From assembly GCF_051656525.1 (NCBI RefSeq), contig NZ_JBOGCC010000278.1, forward strand, positions 22,112 to 86,111: a stretch of DNA of 64,000 nucleotides. The letters are read 5' to 3'. A program made the translations under genes and the position numbers. Shown here one piece after another: positions 48,982-58,737 of this stretch. Under the pieces are notes generated by a model that saw only the letters and a program-made list of their open reading frames with translations, was not told the DNA's origin and ran no database searches. Within the stretch, counting starts at the first letter, position 1; the number at the start of each line of letters is the position of its first letter. Origin of the DNA: Clostridium sp. Its GTDB lineage: Bacteria > Bacillota > Clostridia > Clostridiales > Clostridiaceae.

Positions 48982-48999
48982 GAGGGGCGAATGCCCCTC
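48982..48999 (-). terminator. Terminator after chmA
   Basis: gaggggc/gcccctc stem with A-rich left flank. Confidence 0.7.
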
Positions 49000-49020
49000 T
49001 CTCATTTTTACACCAACACC

Positions 49021-51156
49021 TTACCAGCGTGCGTTACGGGTACGGCTATGGTTGTCGCGGTCGCCACGACCACGACGATCGCTGCTACGACGATTGTTGC
49101 GGCCAGCGCCACGCATTTCGTCATAACGCAGACCGTAGTGTGCTGATGCACGTTCGCCACGACGGCCGCGTACTTCATCACGGTCACGGTTAACCTGAAG
49201 CTCCATATTTGCACGATGGAATGCTGCATAGCACGCTTCCATGAACAGTGGATCGAAGATCATTACGGTGCAGATGCCGGTCATCTTGAAGGTATCACCG
49301 GACAGATGCTTGTAAAGATCCAGCGCAATGCCAACACGCTCATCATTGGACAGGCCACTTGTAGAGCTGTGTGCACGGATATAATCATCCAGACGCTGGG
49401 TATCGCGATCTTGGAACTTAGACGCTGCGAACCAGTGGTCCAGTCGAGTAACCGGTTGTGGGCCATTGTTGGTCATGTAGTGACCATCCGGCAGGCTGAA
49501 TGCAGCTGCGATTACATCACGACCTTTCAGACGATCGAATTCGTCGGTGAAGTAATTGTTTGTTGCATCGTCCAACAGATCAAACAGGTGCTCACGCGCT
49601 ACGTTGCTACGATCTTCGTAGATGTCGCGCAGCAGCTCACCGAATGATGAACCAGGCATGCCTTCGTTATAACGGTATGCGAATTCCATGCCCAGGCTAT
49701 GGCGAACCAGTCGCTTCAGAACTTCGAAGACTTGTTGATCATCTTCTGGGTTCTCCATGTCCAGTTTACCCGGCTCAACGGATGCCTGTGGATCCATCAG
49801 GTAGCCCAGATCGCGGATGTCGCGGTCACGGCTGCTGAACGCGGTTGGCATAAAGCAGCGGAAGTAGCGATATGCTTTATCCAGGTTAACTGCGATGGAT
49901 GCAGCAATCATGCTACGTACCATTGGACCAGCTGATTCTTCTTCACGATACACGTCGATTTCGCTGAAGACCATTCGTGGCAGGAGGCATGCCAGATTGT
50001 GGTCTTTGCTACGATCATCACGAGTAGAGTCTGGTGACTCAACCGGCAGCAGGTCGATATAACCACTTGCTGTTGCCCACTGTGCCTGAGAGGTGTTATC
50101 AATCAGGGAAGTTGAACGGTTGTTACCAGTCTGTGAAGTTTCCAGTGAGATGGAAATGTCGTTACGGATTGGCAGACCTGCATAACCAGCTACGTCGGAA
50201 GTACCGACGATGCCGATGATGCCTTCCAGCTTGATGCCGTCTGCTTTGAAATCAGCATCGAACAGCTCGCGAGTCAGGCCGGCCGCAGTCAGGATGTAAT
50301 CAGTTGCGGTACCCAGAATTGGTAGGATCTCGTCAACGGTATCCAGAGACACGCCGTGTGACAGGACTACATAACCGCAGTAACGCATATCGCTGATGCT
50401 CAGTGCGCTATGCAGGCTGCACAGAGTCTCTTCGACAGAAGTCAGAGTCTTGTCATCCAGCTGCTCGCCCATTGAGATATATTCGCGAATTTCATCGCGG
50501 TCACGACGACGATCGTTGTTACGACGAGTTACTTCGCGAACGGTAGATTCGCGGTTCTCTACCACAATCAGTGAGTAGTAGAACTTCGGATCGTTATCGA
50601 ATGTACCGACGGTTGCCAGCAGAGACACTGGACCCAGGTTTTCCATACCCGGAATTGGGAAGGTTTTAATTGCTTCTTCCTGCATCTTAGCGAGCTGGTT
50701 GGAAGAGTTAGCTTTCTTCCACTCTTGGTGCAGTTGGTTGAAGCGGTTCACGCGCTGGTTGTTGCGTGAAGAACTGTATGCGTTACCGATGTTCAGGTTC
50801 ATTCGTGGTTTATCCTCGAAAGTTTCTTTCTTATCTTTAGCGCGTGTGCGCTCTTCTTCTTCGCGCTCTTCGCGCTCACGGCGTTCACGGTCTTCACGAT
50901 CGCGACGTGCATTTTCACGCTCACGCTCACGGCGTTCACGGCGTTCTTCATCGCTATCACGACGTTCACGGCGTTCATCGCGATCATCACGTTCGCGACG
51001 GTCGCGACGGTCTTCACGGCTGTCTTCACGGCGATCGCGACGGTCTTCGCGACGCTCTTCACCACCAGTGGTTTCTTGACCTTCAGTCTTTCCTTCTTCA
51101 ACCTGCGCGTTGTTGGAGGTTACTTCTGTTTCAGTAGCACGGCGCTTGATACCCAT
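49021..51156 (-). CDS. chmA: Chimallin, the phage nuclear shell protein (phiKZ gp54-like), with an R/D/E-rich N-terminal extension
   Basis: 711 aa, immediately upstream of nvRNAP beta'-N and near DNA pol, which is the chmA position; disordered termini, ends RW. Confidence 0.8.
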   Translation of the reverse strand: MGIKRRATETEVTSNNAQVEEGKTEGQETTGGEERREDRRDRREDSREDRRDRRERDDRDERRERRDSDEERRERRERERENARRDREDRERREREEREEEERTRAKDKKETFEDKPRMNLNIGNAYSSSRNNQRVNRFNQLHQEWKKANSSNQLAKMQEEAIKTFPIPGMENLGPVSLLATVGTFDNDPKFYYSLIVVENRESTVREVTRRNNDRRRDRDEIREYISMGEQLDDKTLTSVEETLCSLHSALSISDMRYCGYVVLSHGVSLDTVDEILPILGTATDYILTAAGLTRELFDADFKADGIKLEGIIGIVGTSDVAGYAGLPIRNDISISLETSQTGNNRSTSLIDNTSQAQWATASGYIDLLPVESPDSTRDDRSKDHNLACLLPRMVFSEIDVYREEESAGPMVRSMIAASIAVNLDKAYRYFRCFMPTAFSSRDRDIRDLGYLMDPQASVEPGKLDMENPEDDQQVFEVLKRLVRHSLGMEFAYRYNEGMPGSSFGELLRDIYEDRSNVAREHLFDLLDDATNNYFTDEFDRLKGRDVIAAAFSLPDGHYMTNNGPQPVTRLDHWFAASKFQDRDTQRLDDYIRAHSSTSGLSNDERVGIALDLYKHLSGDTFKMTGICTVMIFDPLFMEACYAAFHRANMELQVNRDRDEVRGRRGERASAHYGLRYDEMRGAGRNNRRSSDRRGRGDRDNHSRTRNARW

Positions 51157-51209
51157 TTTGTTTCGTCCTTTTATTACAGTTTAAGATTTATTGTGGCAGG
51201 TTCACATTG

Positions 51210-51219
51210 ATAAAATATG
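51210..51219 (-). promoter_or_regulatory. Variant early promoter CATATTTTAT upstream of chmA
   Basis: One mismatch to the 10-mer, preceded by an A7 tract on the minus strand. Confidence 0.5.
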
Positions 51220-51244
51220 TGTCAAATTTTTTTGGAACAAGGTT

Positions 51245-52285
51245 ATGATTACCATCGATGTATCAACCGCCACACATCGTGGTGGATCGTTTGACCCGTC
51301 CTTCAAATTAATACGCACTGCAGTTAATAAAAACGTGAGCTACAATATCCGTACTCGCAGACTGGCAGCAGATATGCTTCCACCTGATCATTTATTGATT
51401 ACGATACTAAACTCATTGTCAATTAACCGCAACGATTCACTTGAAGAGATGTATTACAAGTTGCGTGATCGTGTATATATGTTGGGTACGGCTCTAGGCT
51501 TAGTATCACCGACATCATACGGTAAATCGCATCGCCACTTCATGATGGATGGATGTAATGAATACATCTATCTACATTGTGATGACTTCGTTCGCGAAGC
51601 TTGGCAAAACATATCACCGATTGAATTCGTTTATCACGAGGAGACGAACCTTAACACATTATACGGTGGACATCGGAACGAAGATACATACGCTCTGATT
51701 TCCATTAACGTATTTGCGTTAGCTTATCAGTTTAAGTGCTGGCTAAGACAGCGAACGTTAGACGGCTCTACGGAAACTATCCGCAGCTTCTTACACAAGT
51801 TCCCAGTTACCAATGCAATCCACAGTTATACGGATATCAGTTTGTTTAACAGACATCTTTATACGCAGCAAGGCTGGGACATGACTCCAGATAAGAAATA
51901 CCATCTTACGACTCTTATGTCGTTTGACAGCTTACTGGAAAAACATATCCGAAACTTGCTGGAGAAATTAGGTGGTCAAACACACACAATTTCACAAAAC
52001 CTTTATGGTACGGAATTGTTCTACAAGTTAAGTGCGCTTGATTTAATTCCTACTGTGCCTGCTATGCGCTCTCGTCAAACCGGCTGGTTCTTCGATTTAG
52101 CTAAGCTGCCACTTATACTTTATGGCGATACGTTTATGCGTAACACCAATGAAGATTACAACAAGGGGCAGTTATCTACATGGCGTCGTGAACTGACACA
52201 AACTATAGATAGCCACATATGGTCGATACTGCAAAACGCAGCTCCACATATAAAAGAAAGATATCGGTTATTTTTTAAACGGTGA
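51245..52285 (+). CDS. Conserved chimallivirus protein (phiKZ gp52-like)
   Basis: Start moved to MITIDV (AAGG SD); opposite-strand gene between pol and chmA. Confidence 0.6.
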   Translation: MITIDVSTATHRGGSFDPSFKLIRTAVNKNVSYNIRTRRLAADMLPPDHLLITILNSLSINRNDSLEEMYYKLRDRVYMLGTALGLVSPTSYGKSHRHFMMDGCNEYIYLHCDDFVREAWQNISPIEFVYHEETNLNTLYGGHRNEDTYALISINVFALAYQFKCWLRQRTLDGSTETIRSFLHKFPVTNAIHSYTDISLFNRHLYTQQGWDMTPDKKYHLTTLMSFDSLLEKHIRNLLEKLGGQTHTISQNLYGTELFYKLSALDLIPTVPAMRSRQTGWFFDLAKLPLILYGDTFMRNTNEDYNKGQLSTWRRELTQTIDSHIWSILQNAAPHIKERYRLFFKR

Positions 52286-52298
52286 CAAGCATAAATAG

Positions 52299-52320
52299 CT
52301 GAGGGGCGAAAGCCCCTCAG
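52299..52320. terminator. Terminator at a convergent junction
   Basis: ctgaggggc-gaaa-gcccctcag. Confidence 0.8.
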
Positions 52321-52373
52321 TCTATGCTTATGGTAACTTGCGACGCTTCTTCGGTGCGAACAGGCTAAGTAGC

Positions 52374-53072
52374 TCAGCTATTCTCTTGAATATCAGGATG
52401 AATTGCTTCAATTGCTTCATGCAATATTCCTTGGTTGTGTTTTACACGATCCAAGTAATCTCCCCAGCTCTCGTTGCAGAAACGGATCACATTTGGGTTT
52501 GACATGCCTTGTGCATAATGATCTAAGCACAGCGGAACGTATAGTCCAATGTCTCCAACTACAACACTCTCGCCTTCGTAGACTACTGCACCGCTAGCAT
52601 CAACACGTGCGTTCTGTGTAGCTTTATCGCCGCACCAACACACAGTTTTCAGCTCTTCCAGACTTTCTGCTACGGCTAACAGTTTAGCGCTAGCCTCAAA
52701 CAAAGTCATAGAGAAATCGTTCTTCAGGCCATAGCACAATACCGGTGTATCATAAAGCTTAGCAATAACAACCAGCTCTTCTACTTGTTTCACAGTTAAG
52801 AACTGCGCTTCATCAATAAGGACTGCTTCAATCGGATCAACTACAGATTCCAGATACATATCCAGAACCGAGTCTCCTTTTCCAAGCATGATACAGTCGG
52901 TCTTTAATCCGACGCGTGAAGTGATAAAACCATCTTCATCGCGCGTATCTACTTTTGGTTTAAAGCGCAGCGTCTCCATGCCGCGCTGTTTGTAGTTGAA
53001 GCTGCATTGAATTAACGCGGTAGACTTACCGGAATTCATTGCACCATACTTGAAATAAATCTTTGCCATCAA
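52374..53072 (-). CDS. tdk: Thymidine kinase
   Basis: YGAMNSGKST, FKP.VDTR, LIDEAQFL, YGLKNDF, LKTVC.CG, Y.PLC..HY. Confidence 0.97.
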   Translation of the reverse strand: MMAKIYFKYGAMNSGKSTALIQCSFNYKQRGMETLRFKPKVDTRDEDGFITSRVGLKTDCIMLGKGDSVLDMYLESVVDPIEAVLIDEAQFLTVKQVEELVVIAKLYDTPVLCYGLKNDFSMTLFEASAKLLAVAESLEELKTVCWCGDKATQNARVDASGAVVYEGESVVVGDIGLYVPLCLDHYAQGMSNPNVIRFCNESWGDYLDRVKHNQGILHEAIEAIHPDIQENS

Positions 53073-55198
53073 TAGTAATCCGAAATTAGTTTATAACGTT
53101 TGTCGTTCATGCAATAGTAACCCAAGGATTCCAACATATGGTAATATGGTTCCATGGTACTAAAGATGAGCTTACGGAAGTTTGTCACATCCAGAATCTC
53201 TTTCGGGATCCCGTTCGATACAACAGTTTCTGGTAACATCAACTTGGTAAAGTTATCACGACCATGTTCGGTACAGAATCTTTCGATTAAGTTTCCGAGT
53301 TCACGATTCTTCATATCTGTCCACCATGCCTTCAATGCAGTTTTGTTTTCCAAATCTACAGGCAAATGCACAATACCGTACGGTGGTTCGCCCGGTGATG
53401 TATAGAAACGTGAGAATGTTGCTTCCCAGAACATATGGTAGAAATAAGCTGCTGACTCTGGCTTAGCATAACCTCCGCGGTCTTTTAGCTGGCCAGTCTT
53501 AAGATATGTCGTTTCACCGTTAGTAATCGATTCGCGAATATTACGTTCGATTTCTGCGATGTGTGCGAACAACTTAGTCAGTTCAATCTTTTCACCGATA
53601 CGAACTTTCAACAGACATTCCATAGTTGTTGCACGGAAGTCCATCATGATTTCGCGTGGAATGTTAGAGCTACGTAATACAACGCCCTTCATTTCCAGTT
53701 CTGGTTCGTGCTTAGCTGTACCTTCTTGGTTGGTAATCGCCGAGAAGTAGTGCTTAGCCTTATTAGTTAACGCAAATGCAGCGAATTTAAATTCGTTCTT
53801 CATTGCGTACTTAAATACCAGTCTTTCTACCACGCCCATGTTGGCTGACATCAATGCCATCATGTGCGCGATATTCTGAACCGCTATATAAGTTACTACG
53901 TCGGCAATTGCATCCGCATGATCGCCATATACGATTTCACCAAAATACCATTCTACCCACCACTGCGATGTAGCCATAGTGGAGTCGGTATCTGAAACCA
54001 GTGAAACGCGTCGTACGGTATCAGGCAAACGTGAGACAGAAGCCGGTACAATCTTAGTGAAGAATAACGGACGGAAGAAAGACAAGTGTCCTTCAATAAC
54101 TCCCATTAGGCGCTTGGCGCCGTTCATCACAATCTTGTAATCTTCTGGATTGTCTTCTTTTACTTTCTTTAAGTTTCTAGCGCCAATATACTTGCTATAC
54201 AGAAGTGACAACAGGATTTCAGTATCGCCATCCAGTCGTTTTTCCACGTCTGCATAATCATGCAGTGGCTTATCTTCCAACTCCATGATACTGCCGAGTA
54301 TTGGTCGGACAATCTCTGGGTTGAACTTAGCAACATGATACATGTCGCCGATATAAACAAATGCAGCACGTTCGTAATCGCTGAGTGTTTCAACGACTGC
54401 ACGAATCTCTGCGAATCCTTCGTTGTTCTCTTCTGGCCAGAACAGTCTGGTGGAGTGAAGGATTACTTCCATCGTTTCTTCGACTGTCGGGAATTTCAGT
54501 CGATACTTACGCATACAATCTTTGAACTCAACTTGGTCATAGATTGAAACGATGGCGTTGATATTATGGATTACGCACTCAGGAGAGAAGTAATGTCGTG
54601 TACCTGACAACATCTTCTCATTATTAGCATTACCGTATGCAGTTGCTGTACGGCAGATACTAGTAAGAGTACTGTGCTGGGTTGCGTTATGTAGGAATGT
54701 ACCTTTGGATACGTGTGCACCTGACAAAGAGTTGTTACGTGTTTTAAGCGAGGTTTGTTCGTTCTTCTTGTTACTCGCCAACACCATATTGCCTGCAGCT
54801 TCTGCAGCAGCCATTTCTTTCTTAACTTTGCCACGTGCCGCAACGTTTTCAACGATGAAGTTTGCAAGCAGTGATTCTTCTTCATCAGCACTAACATATG
54901 CTGTCATCGATGGTGAGAACATGAAGTTACACTTTCGAATAACTTCGAACATTCTCGATAATGGAATCGTTGTTCTTACACGGTCTCCGGTTTTTCTATC
55001 ACGCGCGTTGATTGTTACCGTACGGTCATTGTATTCAAAGTGCCCGCCCGGTTGCATCGCAATAGCCATTTGTTCTTTAATGAGTTCAATTGGCTGTTTA
55101 TACTTGCGAGCAAAGAACGCTGCTGTCTGTTCGAAATAACCTTTTAGGAAATCGTTATCTCGAATATAGTAGTCAATCGATCTTAAAAATAAGCTCAT
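53069..55198 (-). CDS. Family B DNA polymerase catalytic subunit (phiKZ gp50-like)
   Basis: KTRNNSLSG (motif B), SDTDS (motif C), KHY, EMKGV. Confidence 0.92.
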   Translation of the reverse strand: MSLFLRSIDYYIRDNDFLKGYFEQTAAFFARKYKQPIELIKEQMAIAMQPGGHFEYNDRTVTINARDRKTGDRVRTTIPLSRMFEVIRKCNFMFSPSMTAYVSADEEESLLANFIVENVAARGKVKKEMAAAEAAGNMVLASNKKNEQTSLKTRNNSLSGAHVSKGTFLHNATQHSTLTSICRTATAYGNANNEKMLSGTRHYFSPECVIHNINAIVSIYDQVEFKDCMRKYRLKFPTVEETMEVILHSTRLFWPEENNEGFAEIRAVVETLSDYERAAFVYIGDMYHVAKFNPEIVRPILGSIMELEDKPLHDYADVEKRLDGDTEILLSLLYSKYIGARNLKKVKEDNPEDYKIVMNGAKRLMGVIEGHLSFFRPLFFTKIVPASVSRLPDTVRRVSLVSDTDSTMATSQWWVEWYFGEIVYGDHADAIADVVTYIAVQNIAHMMALMSANMGVVERLVFKYAMKNEFKFAAFALTNKAKHYFSAITNQEGTAKHEPELEMKGVVLRSSNIPREIMMDFRATTMECLLKVRIGEKIELTKLFAHIAEIERNIRESITNGETTYLKTGQLKDRGGYAKPESAAYFYHMFWEATFSRFYTSPGEPPYGIVHLPVDLENKTALKAWWTDMKNRELGNLIERFCTEHGRDNFTKLMLPETVVSNGIPKEILDVTNFRKLIFSTMEPYYHMLESLGYYCMNDKRYKLISDYY

Positions 55199-55265
55199 TA
55201 AAGGAACCTCGTTTGTCCCATACCTGTCATAATATAGGACATAGAGGAAAAAAAAAAGAAAGTTG

Positions 55266-55285
55266 GGAAGGGCCGAAGCCCTTCC
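55266..55285 (-). terminator. Rho-independent terminator
   Basis: ggaagggc/gcccttcc, UUCG loop on minus strand, long A-run on its left side. Confidence 0.85.
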
Positions 55286-55693
55286 TTATTTACATAACTT
55301 GAGAATAAGCTCTTTGGCTGGTAATCCCAACAACTCGCCGACTGCATTAATAACGTAGTCGAATTGGGCACCTTTCAATTCACCTTGCATCGCTTCGATA
55401 ACATCAGACTGCGTAACTGCGCGATTGTTATTCAGTAGCTGAATTTGCGATGGTGATAATACAGAAGACAGTTTACCATTAAAGTCTTCTACTTTGCCGA
55501 CCTTGAATAGTTTAGATACATCTATAGTAGTATAAAACTTTTCAGCGGTCTTTTTTCCTGATTCATCGGATAACTTCTTTAGTTTTTCACCGATAATCTT
55601 GTTTGCCAATCCTACGTTAACACGCTCCATCGTGTTATCGATAAACATGATGTCTCCACCGTGTGTATATATTGGCTCTGCACGTACTCTCAT
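55286..55693 (-). CDS. Hypothetical protein (start probably at the MFID Met)
   Basis: ORF with GGAG before MFID. Confidence 0.7.
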   Translation of the reverse strand: MRVRAEPIYTHGGDIMFIDNTMERVNVGLANKIIGEKLKKLSDESGKKTAEKFYTTIDVSKLFKVGKVEDFNGKLSSVLSPSQIQLLNNNRAVTQSDVIEAMQGELKGAQFDYVINAVGELLGLPAKELILKLCK

Positions 55694-55704
55694 TCCGATA
55701 TCCC

Positions 55705-56061
55705 TTAGTTAGCTACGCAAATCGATTTAACAATTGAAATGAATAGCATTGTTTTAAGTTTCTGCGGCTCTGGTAAACTGGCATATGGTACCATTGCCGG
55801 ATGTTCCATTCGCACAGGGTCAATCTCTGGACCATAGCGGTAGCCTTGGTTAGCCATTGATTCAATCCATGCTTTATGGCACTCTTTTGGAGTGATGTCT
55901 GGATTATCTGAGACCAACGACACGCCTACCAGTGCACGCTGTTTAGATTCATCATCCAACTCATCCCAGTCTGCGTTATACGGCTCATTAAAATATGAGC
56001 GCAAGCCATTATTAACCTGATGTGCTACTTTTGCAGCCAGGATTTGTTTCGCGTTAAACAT
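55705..56061 (-). CDS. RyR-domain protein
   Basis: CHKAWIESMANQGYRYGPEIDPVRMEHPAMVPYASLPEPQK matches the RyR pattern H..W......GW.YG...D...K.HP.LVPY..LP...K; start MFNAK with GGAG SD. Confidence 0.88.
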   Translation of the reverse strand: MFNAKQILAAKVAHQVNNGLRSYFNEPYNADWDELDDESKQRALVGVSLVSDNPDITPKECHKAWIESMANQGYRYGPEIDPVRMEHPAMVPYASLPEPQKLKTMLFISIVKSICVAN

Positions 56062-56467
56062 TTTTCGGAATCTCCATGGAAAGGATTTTGAAACCACCTG
56101 ATAACAGATACTTATTCAGCCGCTCCAACTCGGAACTATTGCTAAGCACAATCTTGGTGGTTGCAATTACTTCAGTAACAACTGTTACATCGTTATCGAT
56201 CCATGGCAATGCCAACGCACGGCTTGTTTTACCGTCTGGCAATACCAGAGCAACATACTCCAACTCTTGTGCAGCACGCGGCGTACCGGGTGGTAAATCT
56301 GCATAGATGTTAGCGTGTGTTGCTACGATATTTGGGTCAATCGCAACGGCAATATCGAAATCGACAATGCCCTTTTTGCGACAGTTGTTAAAGTTGCCGC
56401 CAAGACGTTCTGTAATCAATCGAATGTTTACATAAGTTCCTGACGGCAGAGTTTTGATATCGGCCAT
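56054..56467 (-). CDS. Conserved chimallivirus small beta-rich protein
   Basis: GGAG SD; ALPWI motif; lies upstream of DNA pol. Confidence 0.65.
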   Translation of the reverse strand: MADIKTLPSGTYVNIRLITERLGGNFNNCRKKGIVDFDIAVAIDPNIVATHANIYADLPPGTPRAAQELEYVALVLPDGKTSRALALPWIDNDVTVVTEVIATTKIVLSNSSELERLNKYLLSGGFKILSMEIPKNV

Positions 56468-56497
56468 ACTTAGACTCCCAGTTAATCATCATAGGAA

Positions 56498-56995
56498 TCA
56501 ATCGAATGTTACCGTAAGATGGTTAGTATCAGCATTCCAGTGTATTCCAGTTGCCGTACATGCGCTCATATCGTATCCTGCTGTTGCAAATGGGTCTACC
56601 AACAATGCATACAAGTCTGGCACGTATAAGCTTTCCATATCTTCAAAGTGTTTTTGGATTTCTTTAAGCTTTATAAATGTTTCTACATCACACATGTCCA
56701 GCTCAACATCGTCCATCAATCTATCTAGATATGTATCATAATCAACCAAATCGTGGAAGCTACACGGGTAAAGTCTGCGATAAGTCAACTTACATAGATG
56801 TACCAAAAGCTGTGTATGAACATCAAGTATTCGGTGAACAACCCATTGCGAATCGTAGTAGCTGCTAACCCATGTGCCGAGTACATCCCTTTCAATCTTA
56901 CGGATGCACACCTGTGCTTTAGGCAATATGTCTTTATAAAAATGACGTATATTGCTGATACCGGAACGACTCGGCAATACGCAAATAGTAGTCAA
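56498..56995 (-). CDS. Acidic hypothetical protein (array member)
   Basis: ATGA overlap; D-rich. Confidence 0.7.
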   Translation of the reverse strand: MTTICVLPSRSGISNIRHFYKDILPKAQVCIRKIERDVLGTWVSSYYDSQWVVHRILDVHTQLLVHLCKLTYRRLYPCSFHDLVDYDTYLDRLMDDVELDMCDVETFIKLKEIQKHFEDMESLYVPDLYALLVDPFATAGYDMSACTATGIHWNADTNHLTVTFD

Positions 56996-57507
56996 TGTAT
57001 CTCCCCATCCACAGTTATATACCTGCGAGATAGATCAATATCCAAACCAGTGACTGATATTAAATCGAAGTTTCTTACTTCTTCGGTAATGATGTCAATC
57101 ACTTCTGAGAATATTCTATCTGCATCTCCAAGCAAGTCAATGAGCTTTCTAAATTTCTCTCTGAAATGTTCAGGGAAATCGATGCCATCTACATCGCTAT
57201 TGTCACAGGAATACTCTTCTATTAAATTATTCAAGAAGGCTTCAATCTTATCCGTAGTTTCCCTAACATAATCCAAATCCAGGTCCGGCGTCAGTCTATC
57301 AATTACTGCTAAGTGTAGCGAGTAATTAAAGAAGTCTGTTAATGCTTCTTGCATCATTGCCGTATCTTCTACTTCGTCATAATCATACATAGTCTTGGCT
57401 TCAGGGGCAAAGCCCCTGTCGCCCAAGTATACATTCTTGATGAAGAAAACCATGCACTTATGACGAGCTGCCCCGTACATAGGGATTATCAGTCGTCTTT
57501 CTGCCAT
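56992..57507 (-). CDS. Acidic hypothetical protein (array member)
   Basis: AGGA SD; D/E-rich. Confidence 0.75.
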   Translation of the reverse strand: MAERRLIIPMYGAARHKCMVFFIKNVYLGDRGFAPEAKTMYDYDEVEDTAMMQEALTDFFNYSLHLAVIDRLTPDLDLDYVRETTDKIEAFLNNLIEEYSCDNSDVDGIDFPEHFREKFRKLIDLLGDADRIFSEVIDIITEEVRNFDLISVTGLDIDLSRRYITVDGEIH

Positions 57508-57515
57508 AAAATATC

Positions 57516-58217
57516 CTAGTGTATTACACCGTGCGCTAACTCTTTTGGAACGAAAACAATGGAATATGTATCGGTTGGCAACGCGAAGAATATATCTAGT
57601 TGCGCACCCACGCCAATTCCAACTTCATCAGAAACAGTATATCCGTGATAAACACACTCTCTTGCGAAATCCCACCATTCGTCATTGGCGATCATTGCAT
57701 TGTAGTGCAAGATACATGTATCCAAAGAGTCAGCTATCGGATCGTGCTCGTCGAAATTAACAAGTTGTGTGGTTATTTCAACAACACCCGTAAGTAGTGT
57801 TTCAGCTTTATTACTCAGGAATTCACAGATGCGCTCACGAAAATCTAACTTCTCGCATTCTTCATCATTGAGTATTCCGGTCGCTAACAATAGCTTTGCA
57901 GCACGATCGTAAAGAGCCTCAGGAACAATATCGCGGTCTTTGCCGCGCTTGAAGCAATCCTTAGCATCTTTTGCACCGTTATTATACTGATCAGCTAACT
58001 CATAAATGAGCGCAGCAGCGACGGTGTCTAGTGCGCTAACCATCGCCATTGCATAAACATTGATCAGCATCTGAGTTATTTCAGTAAATCCGGTCGTTGT
58101 TCCGAACCTGCTCTCTAATCGAATAGACACGTCTGCAAGTGCGCACTTGGATAAGTAATAATCCTCGTTCTCAACATGCATAAACAGGGTTAATTGTGGG
58201 ACCTCAGTCGTACTCAA
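57516..58217 (-). CDS. Acidic hypothetical protein (array member)
   Basis: 233 aa, overlaps the upstream stop. Confidence 0.75.
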   Translation of the reverse strand: MSTTEVPQLTLFMHVENEDYYLSKCALADVSIRLESRFGTTTGFTEITQMLINVYAMAMVSALDTVAAALIYELADQYNNGAKDAKDCFKRGKDRDIVPEALYDRAAKLLLATGILNDEECEKLDFRERICEFLSNKAETLLTGVVEITTQLVNFDEHDPIADSLDTCILHYNAMIANDEWWDFARECVYHGYTVSDEVGIGVGAQLDIFFALPTDTYSIVFVPKELAHGVIH

Positions 58218-58737
58218 TTTCCACTGAACCTCTCGCTACCATGCCAGTCTCTACACTAATATGCAAGTCAATGTTTGTTGACTTAGCTACATATATAGCA
58301 TGATCTGGTTCAAATTCATCGTATAGCTCGACGATAGCCATTTGATAGGCAACTGAATTAACAACGCTCATCGCTTTAAAACTGTCTTCAACAATGTCTA
58401 GGATTTCTACCGCCAGTTCCCACGTGGTTATCTCTTGACACTCCAGGTAGTTGCTGATGATTTCTTCATCTTTAACTCTGTCTAATACTTTAGCGATAGC
58501 TGCCGTAACTAGTTCTGCATCTTCGTCATCCAGTTCGTCCTCATCATCATCATTCCTGAGGATTCTCATGAACACGTAGCAATACACGCTATATGCAAAC
58601 AGAACATCGTTAAGCATTATGTCTTCTACTTCATCACGAGGATGAGCAAACAATCCATATGCTTCATCAGATGCCAGCTCTCTGTGGATCTCGAGCAAGT
58701 TGTCTTCAATGTGCCCTAAGTATACCCTGTATTTCAC
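58204..58737 (-). CDS. Acidic hypothetical protein (array member)
   Basis: GTG start with GGGAG SD; strongly acidic. Confidence 0.75.
   Translation of the reverse strand: MKYRVYLGHIEDNLLEIHRELASDEAYGLFAHPRDEVEDIMLNDVLFAYSVYCYVFMRILRNDDDEDELDDEDAELVTAAIAKVLDRVKDEEIISNYLECQEITTWELAVEILDIVEDSFKAMSVVNSVAYQMAIVELYDEFEPDHAIYVAKSTNIDLHISVETGMVARGSVEIEYD

Noticed and set aside
50699-51137. Ser/Arg-rich and His-rich ORFs (50699..51079, 50844..51137, 50799..51101)
   Set aside because: They are antisense or alternate-frame shadows of the R/D/E repeat in chmA; low-complexity codons keep the other frames open.
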